Shown here one piece after another: positions 1-11,165 of a stretch of 34,064 bases of DNA. Source of the DNA: Octopus bimaculoides (taxonomy: Eukaryota); NCBI RefSeq assembly GCF_001194135.2, contig NC_068989.1, positions 83,778,519 through 83,812,582 of the forward strand, in the 5' to 3' direction. Positions within the stretch are counted from its first letter, which is position 1. Each line of letters starts with the position of its first letter. The notes under the pieces were generated by a model. That model did not search any database. It was not told where the DNA came from and worked only from the letters and a program-made list of their open reading frames with translations. Both the position numbers and the translations under genes were made by a program.

Positions 1-169
1 TCCAATCATCACCCCCTCCCCTCCCCCCGTCCCTCTCCCCCTCCCCCAATAATGACCAACGCCTTGTTTAATAAGACATAGGCTGTGGTCAATTAAGACA
101 CACCTAAATGATTATCCCTCGCCACTTAGTGGATAAGTGGAATTATTGCGATGTTGTTGTGGTTGCTGT

Positions 170-1145
170 TGTTGTTCATGATAGTGGTGGTAGTAGTTAT
201 GGTGGTGAGCTGGTACTCCTGGCAGTGGTGGTGACGTCTGTTACGGTAGTGGTATGGATGGCAGTGATGATAGTGGTATGTGTGGTGGTGGTGCTGGTGG
301 TGGTGCTGGTGTATTGGTCATGGTTGTGGTAGTGGTGCTGGTGAGTGTGGCAATGGTAGAGGCGTAGTTGATAGTGATAGTAGCGGTAGTAATGGTGGTG
401 GGGGGGGATAGTGGTGGTGGTGGTGGTGTTGTTGTTGGTGGTGGTGGTGGTGGGTAGNNNNNNNNNNNNNNNNNNNNNNNNNNNNNNNNNNNNNNNNNNN
501 NNNNNNNNNNNNNNNNNNNNNNNNNNNNNNNNNNNNNNNNNNNNNNNNNNNNNNNNNNNNNNNNNNNNNNNNNNNNNNNNNNNNNNNNNNNNNNNNNNNN
601 NNNNNNNNNNNNNNNNNNNNNNNNNNNNNNNNNNNNNNNNNNNNNNNNNNNNNNNNNNNNNNNNNNNNNNNNNNNNNNNNNNNNNNNNNNNNNNNNNNNN
701 NNNNNNNNNNNNNNNNNNNNNNNNNNNNNNNNNNNNNNNNNNNNNNNNNNNNNNNNNNNNNNNNNNNNNNNNNNNNNNNNNNNNNNNNNNNNNNNNNNNN
801 NNNNNNNNNNNNNNNNNNNNNNNNNNNNNNNNNNNNNNNNNNNNNNNNNNNNNNNNNNNNNNNNNNNNNNNNNNNNNNNNNNNNNNNNNNNNNNNNNNNN
901 NNNNNNNNNNNNNNNNNNNNNNNNNNNNNNNNNNNNNNNNNNNNNNNNNNNNNNNNNNNNNNNNNNNNNNNNNNNNNNNNNNNNNNNNNNNNNNNNNNNN
1001 NNGACGGTAGTGAATGTTGGAGGGACAGTAGCGGTAGAGGTGACAGTGGTGTAGTGGTGGTGGTGGTGGTGGTGGTAGTGGTGGCGTTGGTGGTGGTATG
1101 GTGATGGTGGTGGTGGTGATGGTGGCAGCGGACGGCGGTGGTGTT
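170..1145. repeat. GGT/GTG-rich degenerate trinucleotide microsatellite flanking an assembly gap (N 458-1002)
   Basis: Runs of (GGT)n, (GTT)n and (GAT)n either side of the N run; the poly-V and poly-H ORFs here are artefacts. Confidence 0.9.
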
Positions 1146-1440
1146 TTCGAATGACACCACTAAACTGCTCCGTACTTATGCGTTGTTTACATTATCTAAC
1201 CCTATGTCAGTACTGATCGAGCAAGCATATACGATCAAAGGCGTTCCAGCCGTGACCTTCCTTCAAGGATGGTTTAGAATTGCTTCGTCGTAATATCTCG
1301 TTTCTATATCTAGCAACGTATTTCGTCGGATGCTCCAACGGGTTTGTCAATCCTTAGCCTTCTGCTAGAAATAGCAACAACACTTTTTAAAACTTCTATG
1401 CTGCTATTTTCAGTTCGGAGACTAATATGAACAACCAGTC

Positions 1441-1748
1441 TATGAACAACTGCTTCGAAACCCCCAGCTTCTATATCCAGACTATGAATTCACATTCATA
1501 CCAATAATAATTGGAGCACTAGGTTTTGTTAGTAAATGCTTAAAAGAGAATCTGGATAAACTGGGATTTTCAGAAAGAGAAATTTACCGGCTGATCTGTA
1601 CAAGTGCAATCTGTGAGTGGAACAGTAAAAATCTGCAAGACTTTTCTCAAGTTCCAAATGCAAATTTGTCTGTGTTGGAGCCTTGCATCTTTGTTGGAAA
1701 CCGGTTCCACCCTCAGTGGAGGATTTATAATAATTTCAAAAAATGGAA
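1441..1748 (+). mobile_element. 3' fragment of an R4/Dong-like RLE non-LTR retrotransposon (C-terminus plus 3' UTR), frameshifted
   Basis: From 1441: YEQLLRNPQLLYPDYEFTFIPIIIGALGFVSKCLKENLDKLGFSEREIYRLI, then a frameshift to VQSVSGTVKICKTFLKFQM. This resembles the IPIIIGALG...GTVKICKTF C-terminal tail of R4-clade RLE elements as I recall it. Confidence 0.65.
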
Positions 1749-1749
1749 G

Positions 1750-1821
1750 ACACATACATACATACATACATACATTCATACATACATACATACATACATA
1801 CATACATACATACATACATAC
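1750..1821. repeat. (CATA)n tetranucleotide microsatellite
   Basis: Near-perfect (CATA) run directly after the R4-like 3' UTR. Confidence 0.95.
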
Positions 1822-1822
1822 C

Positions 1823-1985
1823 GGTGGATTGGCGGAATCGGTAAAGCGTCAGACAGAATTCCATGCGTTATTTGTTCCGACTTTTTACATTCTGAGTTCA
1901 AATCCCGCATAGGTCAACATTAATAAAGTCCCAGTGTAGTACTGGGGTTGGTAGTGTCAATTTAGCCCAATCCTCAATATTGTTG
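1823..1985 (+). mobile_element. Degenerate SINE family B copy
   Basis: TGGCGGAATCGGTAAAGC ... TTCTGAGTTCAAATCCCGC ... aligns with the better copies at 7066 and 20013. Confidence 0.55.
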
Positions 1986-2529
1986 AGCATGTGTTTAAGC
2001 AGTTGTTAAACGACACACTCACATACGGGATAATTTCTGTTAACGCTTGGGTAAAAATGGGTGGTAATATCGGAAAAAGATGATCAGATTCAGAATCGGC
2101 AACAAACATTTTCTAAGAAAAATCCATTTCTATCTCATACGAGAATAAAGTGTTTCATTTTGTTGACCTGTGTAGCGTCTTTGGTGATTTAAATTGGGAA
2201 TTCTTCAGGAGTAGATAGGGGTGTCATTGGAAATTGTTTCTTCGAGATGTGAGGGAGGAGAGAAGTACAGCAAGAGGGTTACGACAAAAGGGGGTGGGGC
2301 CGGAGAGTCTTGCTTTCCTCTGATCAAAGATTGTGTCCATGGGTTTTGAATGAATAAACTTGACAGGCTCCCATGGAATGATATGTTGAGATTTCTGTTC
2401 ATGATGGTAGTTGCTGTCATTTATCCCAAATCGTCTATGAGCAAGCATACTTGCGATCAAAGTCAGTTCGGCTTTGACCTTGGTCTTCCACTTTTGAGGA
2501 GTGAGGAGACGAGAGTAATGGGATTGTGG

Positions 2530-2645
2530 ATCGATTTGAGGGATGTAGGAATATCAAGACCTGCATTATTCAATGCATCCTTTTTTTTTTTCAAGGCGAT
2601 CGGATATGATTTGAAGGCGATTTGGCTGCTATTTCTTGCAGGTCA
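2530..2645 (-). repeat. Interspersed repeat fragment (family E, unclassified)
   Basis: Minus strand CTGCAAGAAATAGCAGCCAAATCGCCTTCAAATCA matches plus-strand 7845-7960 CTGCTAGATATAGCAAGAAGTCTCCCTTAAATCA; a shorter piece occurs near 1362 (CTGCTAGAAATAGCA). Confidence 0.5.
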
Positions 2646-2690
2646 AACAACCAAATAGTCATTCTTCCATTATTACTCTATAAGTCTAAA

Positions 2691-2828
2691 GCAGAGAGCT
2701 GGCAGAATCGTTAGCACGCTGGACGAAATGCTTAGCAGTATTTCGCCCGTCGCTACGTTCTAAGTTCAAATCCCGCCGAGGTCGACTTTGCTTTCATCCT
2801 CAATAAAATAAATACTAGTAGAACACTG
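2691..2828 (+). mobile_element. SINE family B, 3'-truncated
   Basis: GAGCTGGCAGAATCGTTAGCACG...GTTCTAAGTTCAAATCCCGCCGAGGTCGAC, with a tRNA-like A/B-box head. Confidence 0.8.
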
Positions 2829-2866
2829 GTATATATATATATATATATATATCAAAAATCTTGCAA

Positions 2867-2919
<53 letters not shown>

Positions 2920-3360
2920 CATCGATGGACAGCAATGTGTGTATATACATTCATGCATACTTTTTACGACATATATATATATATATACTAGCTATCTCTC
3001 TTTATATACATATACGTTATATATCTATGCCCCCATATGTGTTGTGTTTTGCGTGTATAGTTCCAGGCATGGCTATGAGGTAAAAAGTTTGTCAGTTTTC
3101 AAACGTATGCATGTATGTATAAATGTATATATACACACATTGCTGGCCACCAATGAACAATATATATCTATATATATTTCCCCCCTCCCCCGGATACGAC
3201 ACAGACACCGTCCTAATCCAGTGGCCAGACAACAAAGTGATACCATTATCAAAACCTTTCAGCTTCCTTTGGTCACCATTTTCTACAGGAATTCAACATC
3301 ATCTTCAGCCTCTACTCTTCCTCTTCCTTCTGCTCCTGTTCTACACCATTCTCTCTCCCC

Positions 3361-3393
<33 letters not shown>

Positions 3394-3516
3394 CCCCCTC
3401 TCTTCTTCTATTCTTTTCTTTCTCGTATTCTGTCTTTCCTTCCTTTTACACTTTTTCTCATATTATTCATCCTTATCATGGCCACAGCACCGCAGTAGCA
3501 GTGGTGGTGGTCGTGA

Positions 3517-3586
<70 letters not shown>

Positions 3587-3735
3587 TGAGTCGCTATTAT
3601 TAATGTTACGTTAAAACGGAAACGGTTTAAAAATCCATCAGCTCTCATACATTACAAGTCTTCCTATCGCAAAATGCAATTTTTGTCAGTTAATAATCTT
3701 CGTTTGTTCTTTCCTCGCCACCAGCGCTGCCTTCT

Positions 3736-3833
<98 letters not shown>

Positions 3834-3894
3834 CCTATGTGTAAAGAGAGACAGAGATTGCTAAATAGACTGTCAGATAGATAGATAGATAGAT

Positions 3895-3927
<33 letters not shown>

Positions 3928-3932
3928 TAGAT

Positions 3933-3982
<50 letters not shown>

Positions 3983-3983
3983 G

Positions 3984-4034
<51 letters not shown>

Positions 4035-4094
4035 GTAGATAGACAGACAGACAGACAGGTAGACAGACAGACAGACAGATAGATATCTCCCTCT

Positions 4095-4139
<45 letters not shown>

Positions 4140-4234
4140 CCTTTCTCTACGTACGTCTCTGTGGAGTTGCTCCTGTGCATGCATGTTATTTTTCTATATG
4201 TGTATAATATAAATATAAATAAATATAAACTGAT
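2829..4234. repeat. Microsatellite cluster: (TA)n, (CT)n, (TAG)n, (GT)n, (GATA/GACA)n
   Basis: Directly visible simple repeats; they account for the low-complexity ORFs at 2861-4795. Confidence 0.9.
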
Positions 4235-4709
4235 NNNNNNNNNNNNNNNNNNNNNNNNNNNNNNNNNNNNNNNNNNNNNNNNNNNNNNNNNNNNNNNNNN
4301 NNNNNNNNNNNNNNNNNNNNNNNNNNNNNNNNNNNNNNNNNNNNNNNNNNNNNNNNNNNNNNNNNNNNNNNNNNNNNNNNNNNNNNNNNNNNNNNNNNNN
4401 NNNNNNNNNNNNNNNNNNNNNNNNNNNNNNNNNNNNNNNNNNNNNNNNNNNNNNNNNNNNNNNNNNNNNNNNNNNNNNNNNNNNNNNNNNNNNNNNNNNN
4501 NNNNNNNNNNNNNNNNNNNNNNNNNNNNNNNNNNNNNNNNNNNNNNNNNNNNNNNNNNNNNNNNNNNNNNNNNNNNNNNNNNNNNNNNNNNNNNNNNNNN
4601 NNNNNNNNNNNNNNNNNNNNNNNNNNNNNNNNNNNNNNNNNNNNNNNNNNNNNNNNNNNNNNNNNNNNNNNNNNNNNNNNNNNNNNNNNNNNNNNNNNNN
4701 NNNNNNNNN

Positions 4710-4928
4710 TGTGTGCGTGTATATATGTTTGTGAGTCTGTGTTTGTCCCCCTCCCTATTGACAACCGATGCTGGTTTGTTTACGTAATTTAGCACTTCGG
4801 CAAAAGAGCACGATAAAATAAGTACTAGACTTACAAAGTATAAGTTCTAGGGTCGATTTGCTCGACTAAAGGCGGTGCTCCAGCATGGCCACAGTCAAAA
4901 TGACTGAAACAAATAAGAGTAAAAGAGT
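4710..4928 (+). mobile_element. SINE family A, 3' half (the internal microsatellite runs into gap 4235-4709)
   Basis: GTTTGTCCCC...TTGACAACCGATGCTGG...GGGTCGATTTGCTCGACTAAAGGCGGTGCTCCAGCATGGCCACAGTCAAAATGACTGAAAC. Confidence 0.85.
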
Positions 4929-5364
4929 GTATATATATATATACACACACACACACACATTACATGCCCTTCATTAGGAATTTTCTCTTCCCTCGCACTG
5001 TCACCAACGTCTTTCCATTTACCTAACTCTCTCTTTCTCTCTTTCTCTCTCTCTCTCTCTCCCCCCTTCTGTTCCTCTCCTTCTTCCCCTCCTCCCCTTC
5101 TCCTCTCTTCTCACTCTTCCATCTCCGCCTCGTATATATCTCTTGACATCGACTCGAGTTCATTGTATGTAGACCTCACGTTTTATCACAGAATCGGACA
5201 GATACACTCAGCTTCAAATTGATTCCGAATCAGCTTCAAAAGATTTCCCATCATTGGCTTCCATCAGCGGTTATCAATCAGGAGTCCATACAAGATTTCT
5301 TTGTCAAAATTTATGCGCAATAAATTGCTAATGCTTCTGCAATACATAAAATATATCACGAAGT

Positions 5365-5650
5365 AGTGAGTTCGATTCCCGGACCGGGCTGCGTGTTGTG
5401 TTCTTGAGCAAGACACTTTATTTTCACATTGCTCCAGTTCACTCAGCTATAGAAATGAGTTGCGACGTCACTGGTGCTAAGCTGTGTCGGCCCCCTTGCC
5501 TTTCCCTCAGACAACATCAGGGGAGGCTGGTATGCATGGGCAACTGCTGGTCTTCTATAAACAATCTTACCTGGATTGTGCCTCAGAAGGGAACTTTCTA
5601 AGTTAAACCCCATGGTCATTCATGGCCCAAGGGGTTCTTATCTTCTTTAC
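5365..5650 (+). mobile_element. SINE family C, 5'-truncated
   Basis: B-box GAGTTCGATTCCC followed by GTGTTCTTGAGCAAGACACTT...CCAGTTCACTCAGCT, homologous to 18762-18970. Confidence 0.75.
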
Positions 5651-5720
5651 CCTTATTACATAAAATATTTTAATGATTATTTTTAAACAATTCCTAATAT
5701 TTAATTATAAAACTATTCTG

Positions 5721-5833
5721 TTACTTGTTTCAGTCATGCTGGAGCACCGCCTTTAGTCGAACTAATCGACCTCAGGACTAATTCCTTGTAAGCCTAGTTT
5801 TCATTCTATCGGTCTCTTTTACCGAACCGCTAA
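5721..5833 (-). mobile_element. SINE family A, 3' fragment
   Basis: Reverse complement of the family A tail: TTACTTGTTTCAGTCATGCTGGAGCACCGCCTTTAGTCGA...CTATCGGTCTCTTTTACCGAACCGCTAA. Confidence 0.8.
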
Positions 5834-5912
5834 AACCCCTGAGTTATTTCTCTTTATCAGCACAGAATAATCGCTTGACTAGAAATGGCAACAGCAGTTC
5901 TTGTTTGAAGTA

Positions 5913-6206
5913 CCGTATTTGATGGCTTGTAAGGGCATAGGACGCACCCTAGCCTTGGCTATACTCTTGTAAAATAAATTACCACTAAAATAATGTTTTA
6001 ATTCCTCCACTTACCTGTATAACTTTATGTTATTACCGGTAATTATAAGCAATTTATTGCGTCCACATTCGATATAAACAGACAGTAGGCGTTTGTTCAC
6101 CAATAGATGGCAGCACACGTTTTGTAAACATACATACCCTTTTGAGCGAGTTGTGAGCCTACATTGAATGCATTGGACGCAGGGAGATTTAAGCCATCAA
6201 ATACGG
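5913..6206. mobile_element. Tc2/pogo-type MITE, 294 bp
   Basis: Perfect 16-bp TIRs CCGTATTTGATGGCTT (5913-5928) and AAGCCATCAAATACGG (6191-6206), TA on both sides, and internal GGACGCA direct repeats. Confidence 0.85.
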
Positions 6207-6621
6207 TATGTACTTTTCAAAGTGACACACAGTTACTGATCTCAAGAATAGAGAAACTATTTGTTCTAAATCTCTAAACGATAAATATGCAGTAGCTGTA
6301 CAATGGAGTAAAGTTTCTTTGCCAACGATGTTTTCCTGGGGCTAAATAACAGTAACATCGGTCCTAATCCGGATTGCCACTTTACGTTGGCAAATAAACT
6401 TTACTTTATCGTACTGTTGCTGCACGTTTCTCGGTCAGAGATTTAGAACTAATAATTTATATATTTATATTTAAAACTGCTCCTTTGATAAAGATGAAAT
6501 TAATAATTCCAGAATTATTTACGTGGTATTATTTATAGCTTTTCTGCTTCGAAATCCACTGCAACTTAAAAAGGTATGAAGGAATATTTCAAGTTCTCTC
6601 CTTATCAGAAATTATTAATTT

Positions 6622-6781
6622 ATGAGTAGCTGTATAGTAAGTAGCTTGCTTACCAACCACATGGTTCTGGGTTCAGTCCCACTGCGTGGTATCTTGGGCA
6701 AGTGTCTTCTACTATAGTCTCGGGTCGATCAAAGCCTTCAGAGTGGATTTGGTAGATGGAAACTGAAAGAAGCCCGTTGTG

Positions 6782-6822
<41 letters not shown>
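6622..6822 (+). mobile_element. SINE family A, 5' half followed by (TA)(TG)n into a gap
   Basis: GTAAGTAGCTTGCTTACCAACCACATGGTTCTGGGTTCAGTCCCACTG...TTGGGCAAGTGTCTTCTACT...GAAAGAAGCCCG. Confidence 0.85.
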
Positions 6823-7065
6823 NNNNNNNNNNNNNNNNNNNNNNNNNNNNNNNNNNNNNNNNNNNNNNNNNNNNNNNNNNNNNNNNNNNNNNNNNNGGGA
6901 GTTGATGCGGACATTGAAGGAGATCCGACATTATCAAATAACACCCCAACCAGCAGTGTGTGAATATCACCCAAAAATCCTACAGAAACTGACATGTTAC
7001 AGCCATTAAATTAGATCCTTTTACTTTGAATACACCATTGCTTGTGCCATTCCAAGAAGAAAAAA

Positions 7066-7278
7066 GCGGCGAACTGGCAGTATCGTTAGCACGCTGGACG
7101 AAATACTTAGCGGTATTTCGCCCGTCGCCTTGTTCTGAGTTCGAATTCAGCCGAGGTCGACTTTACCTTTTATCCTTTCAGGGTCGATAAATTAAGTACC
7201 AGTTACGTACTAGGGTCGATCTAATCGACTAGCCTCGTCCCCACAAATTTCAGGCCTTGTGCTTTTAGTAGAAAGGCT
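7066..7278 (+). mobile_element. SINE family B, near full length
   Basis: GCGGCGAACTGGCAGTATCGTTAGCACG...GTTCTGAGTTCGAATTC...GGTCGATAAATTAAGTACCAG...GGTCGATCTAATCGAC. Confidence 0.85.
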
Positions 7279-7844
7279 TATTCCAAGAAGAAAGCGACAT
7301 AGTGAGCGATGAGAGGACAACACCAGAGGGTGGACTTTAATGAATGCAACACAGCTTCGTTCTCATATCTTCTTCCATCAACATTCAGTGACCCATTGGC
7401 ATATTGACACATATAAACAAACACCACTAGTGCAAAGGGCTGAGCCGGAATAAGCTGTAATATTATCCTCACAAACTTGACCGACAGACCAGCTCTCCAG
7501 CTACTTTTGGCCTCTTTATTAATTCCAGCTCCTAACCCTAACCCTAGTCCCCACCTTCACTTTCTCAACATCGACTAATTAAGACTACACGTTACATTTA
7601 CTTCTTCGTAGCAATTTGTTTACCCTACAAACTGTTTCGTATTTCCGGTCATTTAACAATTAGGAGACACATGATCGTGTGTCCGATAAATGCTTTCAAA
7701 GTATACAGCTCTGTCACTCCAAAACTCGTGAGAGCTTTTAACCACTGCTGCACTGCACATATATAGGCAGACAATGATGACCCTAATACCTAGTGGTGCT
7801 TAGCACAGGTTATTACAAGTCTTACAGCTCGATAAAGGAGCCTC

Positions 7845-7960
7845 TATGTCGTCGCTGAGTCTGCTAGATATAGCAAGAAGTCTCCCTTAAATCACGACCT
7901 ATTTCTTAAAAGAAGGAAGAATATATTCGAAAATGTGGTCTGAGATAATTCTAAAACTAG
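7845..7960 (+). repeat. Interspersed repeat fragment (family E)
   Basis: Homologous to 2530-2645 on the minus strand. Confidence 0.5.
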
Positions 7961-8039
7961 TCAAGGCTGAAATACTTATTCATCATAAGTTTGGTCAACG
8001 ACCGGCCGACGCTATTTACCTAAACCTAACTCATTGATC

Positions 8040-8170
8040 TTTTATCTTTTAGTTGCTCAAGTCATTAGACTGCGGCCATGCTGGGGCACCGCTTTGAGGA
8101 AATCTAGTCGATGGAATGATTCTTTAAAGCCTGATACTTCTTCTATCGGTCTTTCTTTGCCGATCTGATA
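8040..8170 (-). mobile_element. SINE family A, degenerate 3' fragment
   Basis: AGTCATTAGACTGCGGCCATGCTGGGGCACCGC...CTATCGGTCTTTCTTTGCCGA. Confidence 0.7.
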
Positions 8171-8361
8171 AAAGTGTAAAGTCCAGCATTTAAGCCCTTG
8201 ATAATTGGGTGTGTCAACTTCTTTTTTCAAAAAAGAATGTAGGTAGATGCTACGCTTTGGCTGGTCCTGTCTTTATTTGTTATTGTTCTTACCTCGAGTA
8301 TTTCTTGGTTTCGTTTGTAAGGCAAGTCATGACTTTCTTATTATTGAAAAAGTATCCTACT

Positions 8362-8775
8362 GGCGCAGGAGTGGCTGTGTGGTAAGTAGCTACTCTGTAT
8401 ACTGCCTTTATGGCAAATAAAATGAAATAAAGTAGCTTGCTTACCAACCATATGTTTCCGGGTTCAGTCCCACTGCGTGGCACCTTAGGCAAGTGTCTTC
8501 TACTATAGCCTCGGGTCGACCAAAGCCTTATGAGTGGATTTGGTAGACGGAAACTGAAAGAAACCCGTCGTATATACATATGTGTTCGTCCCCTACCATC
8601 GCTTGACAACCGATGTTGGTATCTCTACGTCCCCGTAACTTAGCAGTTCGGCAAAAGGAAGCCGATAGAATAAGTACTAGGCTTGCAAAGAATAAGCCCT
8701 GGGGGTCGATTTCTTCGACGAAAGGCAGTGCTCCAGCATGGCCGCAGTCAAATGACTGAAACAAGTGAAAGAATA
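8362..8775 (+). mobile_element. SINE family A, full length, carrying a 38-bp secondary insertion in its head
   Basis: Head GGCGCAGGAGTGGCTGTGTGG (A box) ... GGTTCAGTCCC (B box), CORE-like CCTTAGGCAAGTGTCTT, short TA spacer, complete 3' half ending GACTGAAACAAGTGAAAGAATAA. Confidence 0.9.
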
Positions 8776-8996
8776 ATTACTGTGTCATGATGCTGGCTGC
8801 TGCGCCAATGTTGGACAGAAGAATCAGTGCCACAGCATATGAGAGACTGCAATATTGCTAACAAGTACAAGAATGGAGCGGGTAGAAGCAACTGCAACAA
8901 CGACAGCGAGATTCCTTGCTGAGAATCGATGGAATGGTCTTCAAGTTAAGCAGTTCTAAACGTAATACAGAAAATTGCTGAAAGGGTCATAAACCA

Positions 8997-9261
8997 ACAA
9001 TCCAACCAACCAACCAACCAACCAACCAACCAACTAACCAACAGGGATACATACACTCAAACATACATACATACATACATACATAAATACATAAATACAC
9101 ACATATATATACATATATATNNNNNNNNNNNNNNNNNNNNNNNNNNNNNNNNNNNNNNNNNNNNNNNNNNNNNNNNNNNNNNNNNNNNNNNNNNNNNNNN
9201 NNNNNNNNNNNNNNNNNNNNNNNNNNNNNNNNNNNNNNNNNNNNNNNNNNNNNNNNNNNNN

Positions 9262-9303
<42 letters not shown>

Positions 9304-9492
9304 ATATATATACATATATATAAATATATATATGTATATATATATATATATAAGCACGTACATATACATTCATACGCATAAATACATGCACACATATACA
9401 CACACATACATACGCACATATGCACATACAGACGGTCAGACAGTCAGACAGACAGGTAGACCGACAGACAGGCACTGCGACAGACAGACAGA
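8997..9492. repeat. Microsatellite cluster (CAAC, CATA, TA, CAGA) around gap 9121-9261
   Basis: Directly visible. Confidence 0.9.
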
Positions 9493-10973
9493 TGTACAAC
9501 CAGCCAGGGAACCTCTTAAGATTTCAACAGTGTTCCATACAAGATACACACCCTACTACAAAGTGATTAGCTTATAAAACTTAATGTCAGGAGCTTATTT
9601 GCAAATGTCAAAGCGTCTGAAGATTTAGCGGCAAGAGTTACCCACCACCACCTAAGCCCACTCGACCTCCACACTTCCACTACATCACTCAATTAATTCC
9701 TCTCTTCAGCATCGTAATAATTAGAATGAGAAAATTGCGTTCTCTTACTAACCTATCAGAGGGTTACAGCAATGGTACCCATCTGCCTCCATTTTTAGTT
9801 GCTGCCCGCTTTTTTTCCCCACCTTCTGTCGTCTGCTCTTTTCATTTAAACAACTTGAACTATTAACTATCACACGACGTAAATGTATGTGCGTATGCGT
9901 CTCCGTGTGTCTGTTTGTGTGTACATGTCAAAGTATATGTTATGAACGTTTGTTTCTCCCTCTCTGTCTTCTCTCTCTGTCTCTCTCTTTCTCACTGTCT
10001 CTCACGCTATGATATATATATATATATATATATATATANNNNNNNNNNNNNNNNNNNNNNNNNNNNNNNNNNNNNNNNNNNNNNNNNNNNNNNNNNNNNN
10101 NNNNNNNNNNNNNNNNNNNNNNNNNNNNNNNNNNNNNNNNNNNNNNNNNNNNNNNNNNNNNNNNNNNNNNNNNNNNNNNNNNNNNNNNNNNNNNNNNNNN
10201 NNNNNNNNNNNNNNNNNNNNNNNNNNNNNNNNNNNNNNNNNNNNNNNNNNNNNNNNNNNNNNNNNNNNNNNNNNNNNNNNNNNNNNNNNNNNNNNNNNNN
10301 NNNNNNNNNNNNNNNNNNNNNNNNNNNNNNNNNNNNNNNNNNNNNNNNNNNNNNNNNNNNNNNNNNNNNNNNNNNNNNNNNNNNNNNNNNNNNNNNNNNN
10401 NNNNNNNNNNNNNNNNNNNNNNNNNNNNNNNNNNNNNNNNNNNNNNNNNNNNNNNNNNNNNNNNNNNNNNNNNNNNNNNNNNNNNNNNNNNNNNNNNNNN
10501 NNNNNNNNNNNNNNNNNNNNNNNNNNNNNNNNNNNNNNNNNNNNNNNNNNNNNNNNNNNNNNNNNNNNNNNNNNNNNNNNNNNNNNNNNNNNNNNNNNNN
10601 NNNNNNNNNNNNNNNNNNNNNNNNNNNNNNNNNNNNNNNNNNNNNNNNNNNNNNNNNNNNNNNNNNNNNNNNNNNNNNNNNNNNNNNNNNNNNNNNNNNN
10701 NNNNNNNNNNNNNNNNNNNNNNNNNNNNNNNNNNNNNNNNNNNNNNNNNNNNNNNNNNNNNNNNNNNNNNNNNNNNNNNNNNNNNNNNNNNNNNNNNNNN
10801 NNNNNNNNNNNNNNNNNNNNNNNNNNNNNNNNNNNNNNNNNNNNNNNNNNNNNNNNNNNNNNNNNNNNNNNNNNNNNNNNNNNNNNNNNNNNNNNNNNNN
10901 NNNNNNNNNNNNNNNNNNNNNNNNNNNNNNNNNNNNNNNNNNNNNNNNNNNNNNNNNNNNNNNNNNNNNNNNN

Positions 10974-11165
10974 TGTGTGTGTGTGTGTGTGTGTGTGTTT
11001 GTGTGTCTGTGTTTGTCCCCCCAACATCGCTTGACAACCGATGGTGGTGTGTTTACGTCCCCGTAACTTAGCGGTTCGGCAAAAGGGGCCGATAGAATAA
11101 GTACTAGGCTTACAAAGAATAAGTCCCGGGTTCGATTCGCTCGACTAAAAGGTGGTGCTCTAGTA
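10974..11165 (+). mobile_element. SINE family A, 3' half emerging from gap 10039-10973
   Basis: (TG)n then GTTTGTCCCCCCAACATCGCTTGACAACCGATGG...CCCGTAACTTAGCGGTTCGGCAAAAG...GGTGGTGCTCTAG. Confidence 0.85.

Noticed and set aside
1315-1355. Minus-strand GTTGGA-GCA-TCCGAC-GAAA as another hammerhead
   Set aside because: No CUGANGA adjacent to the stem and no stem I or stem III.
2224-2530. Minus-strand reading AHRRFGINDSNYHHEQKSQHIIPWEPVKFI as a Penelope GIY-YIG remnant
   Set aside because: Only a vague H...H.I.W pattern; no GIY/YIG motif upstream. It needs a profile search.
6897-7470. Short open frames at 6897-6960 and 7278-7472 as host exons
   Set aside because: No recognisable homology or convincing splice-site pairs; cannot be supported without RNA-seq.
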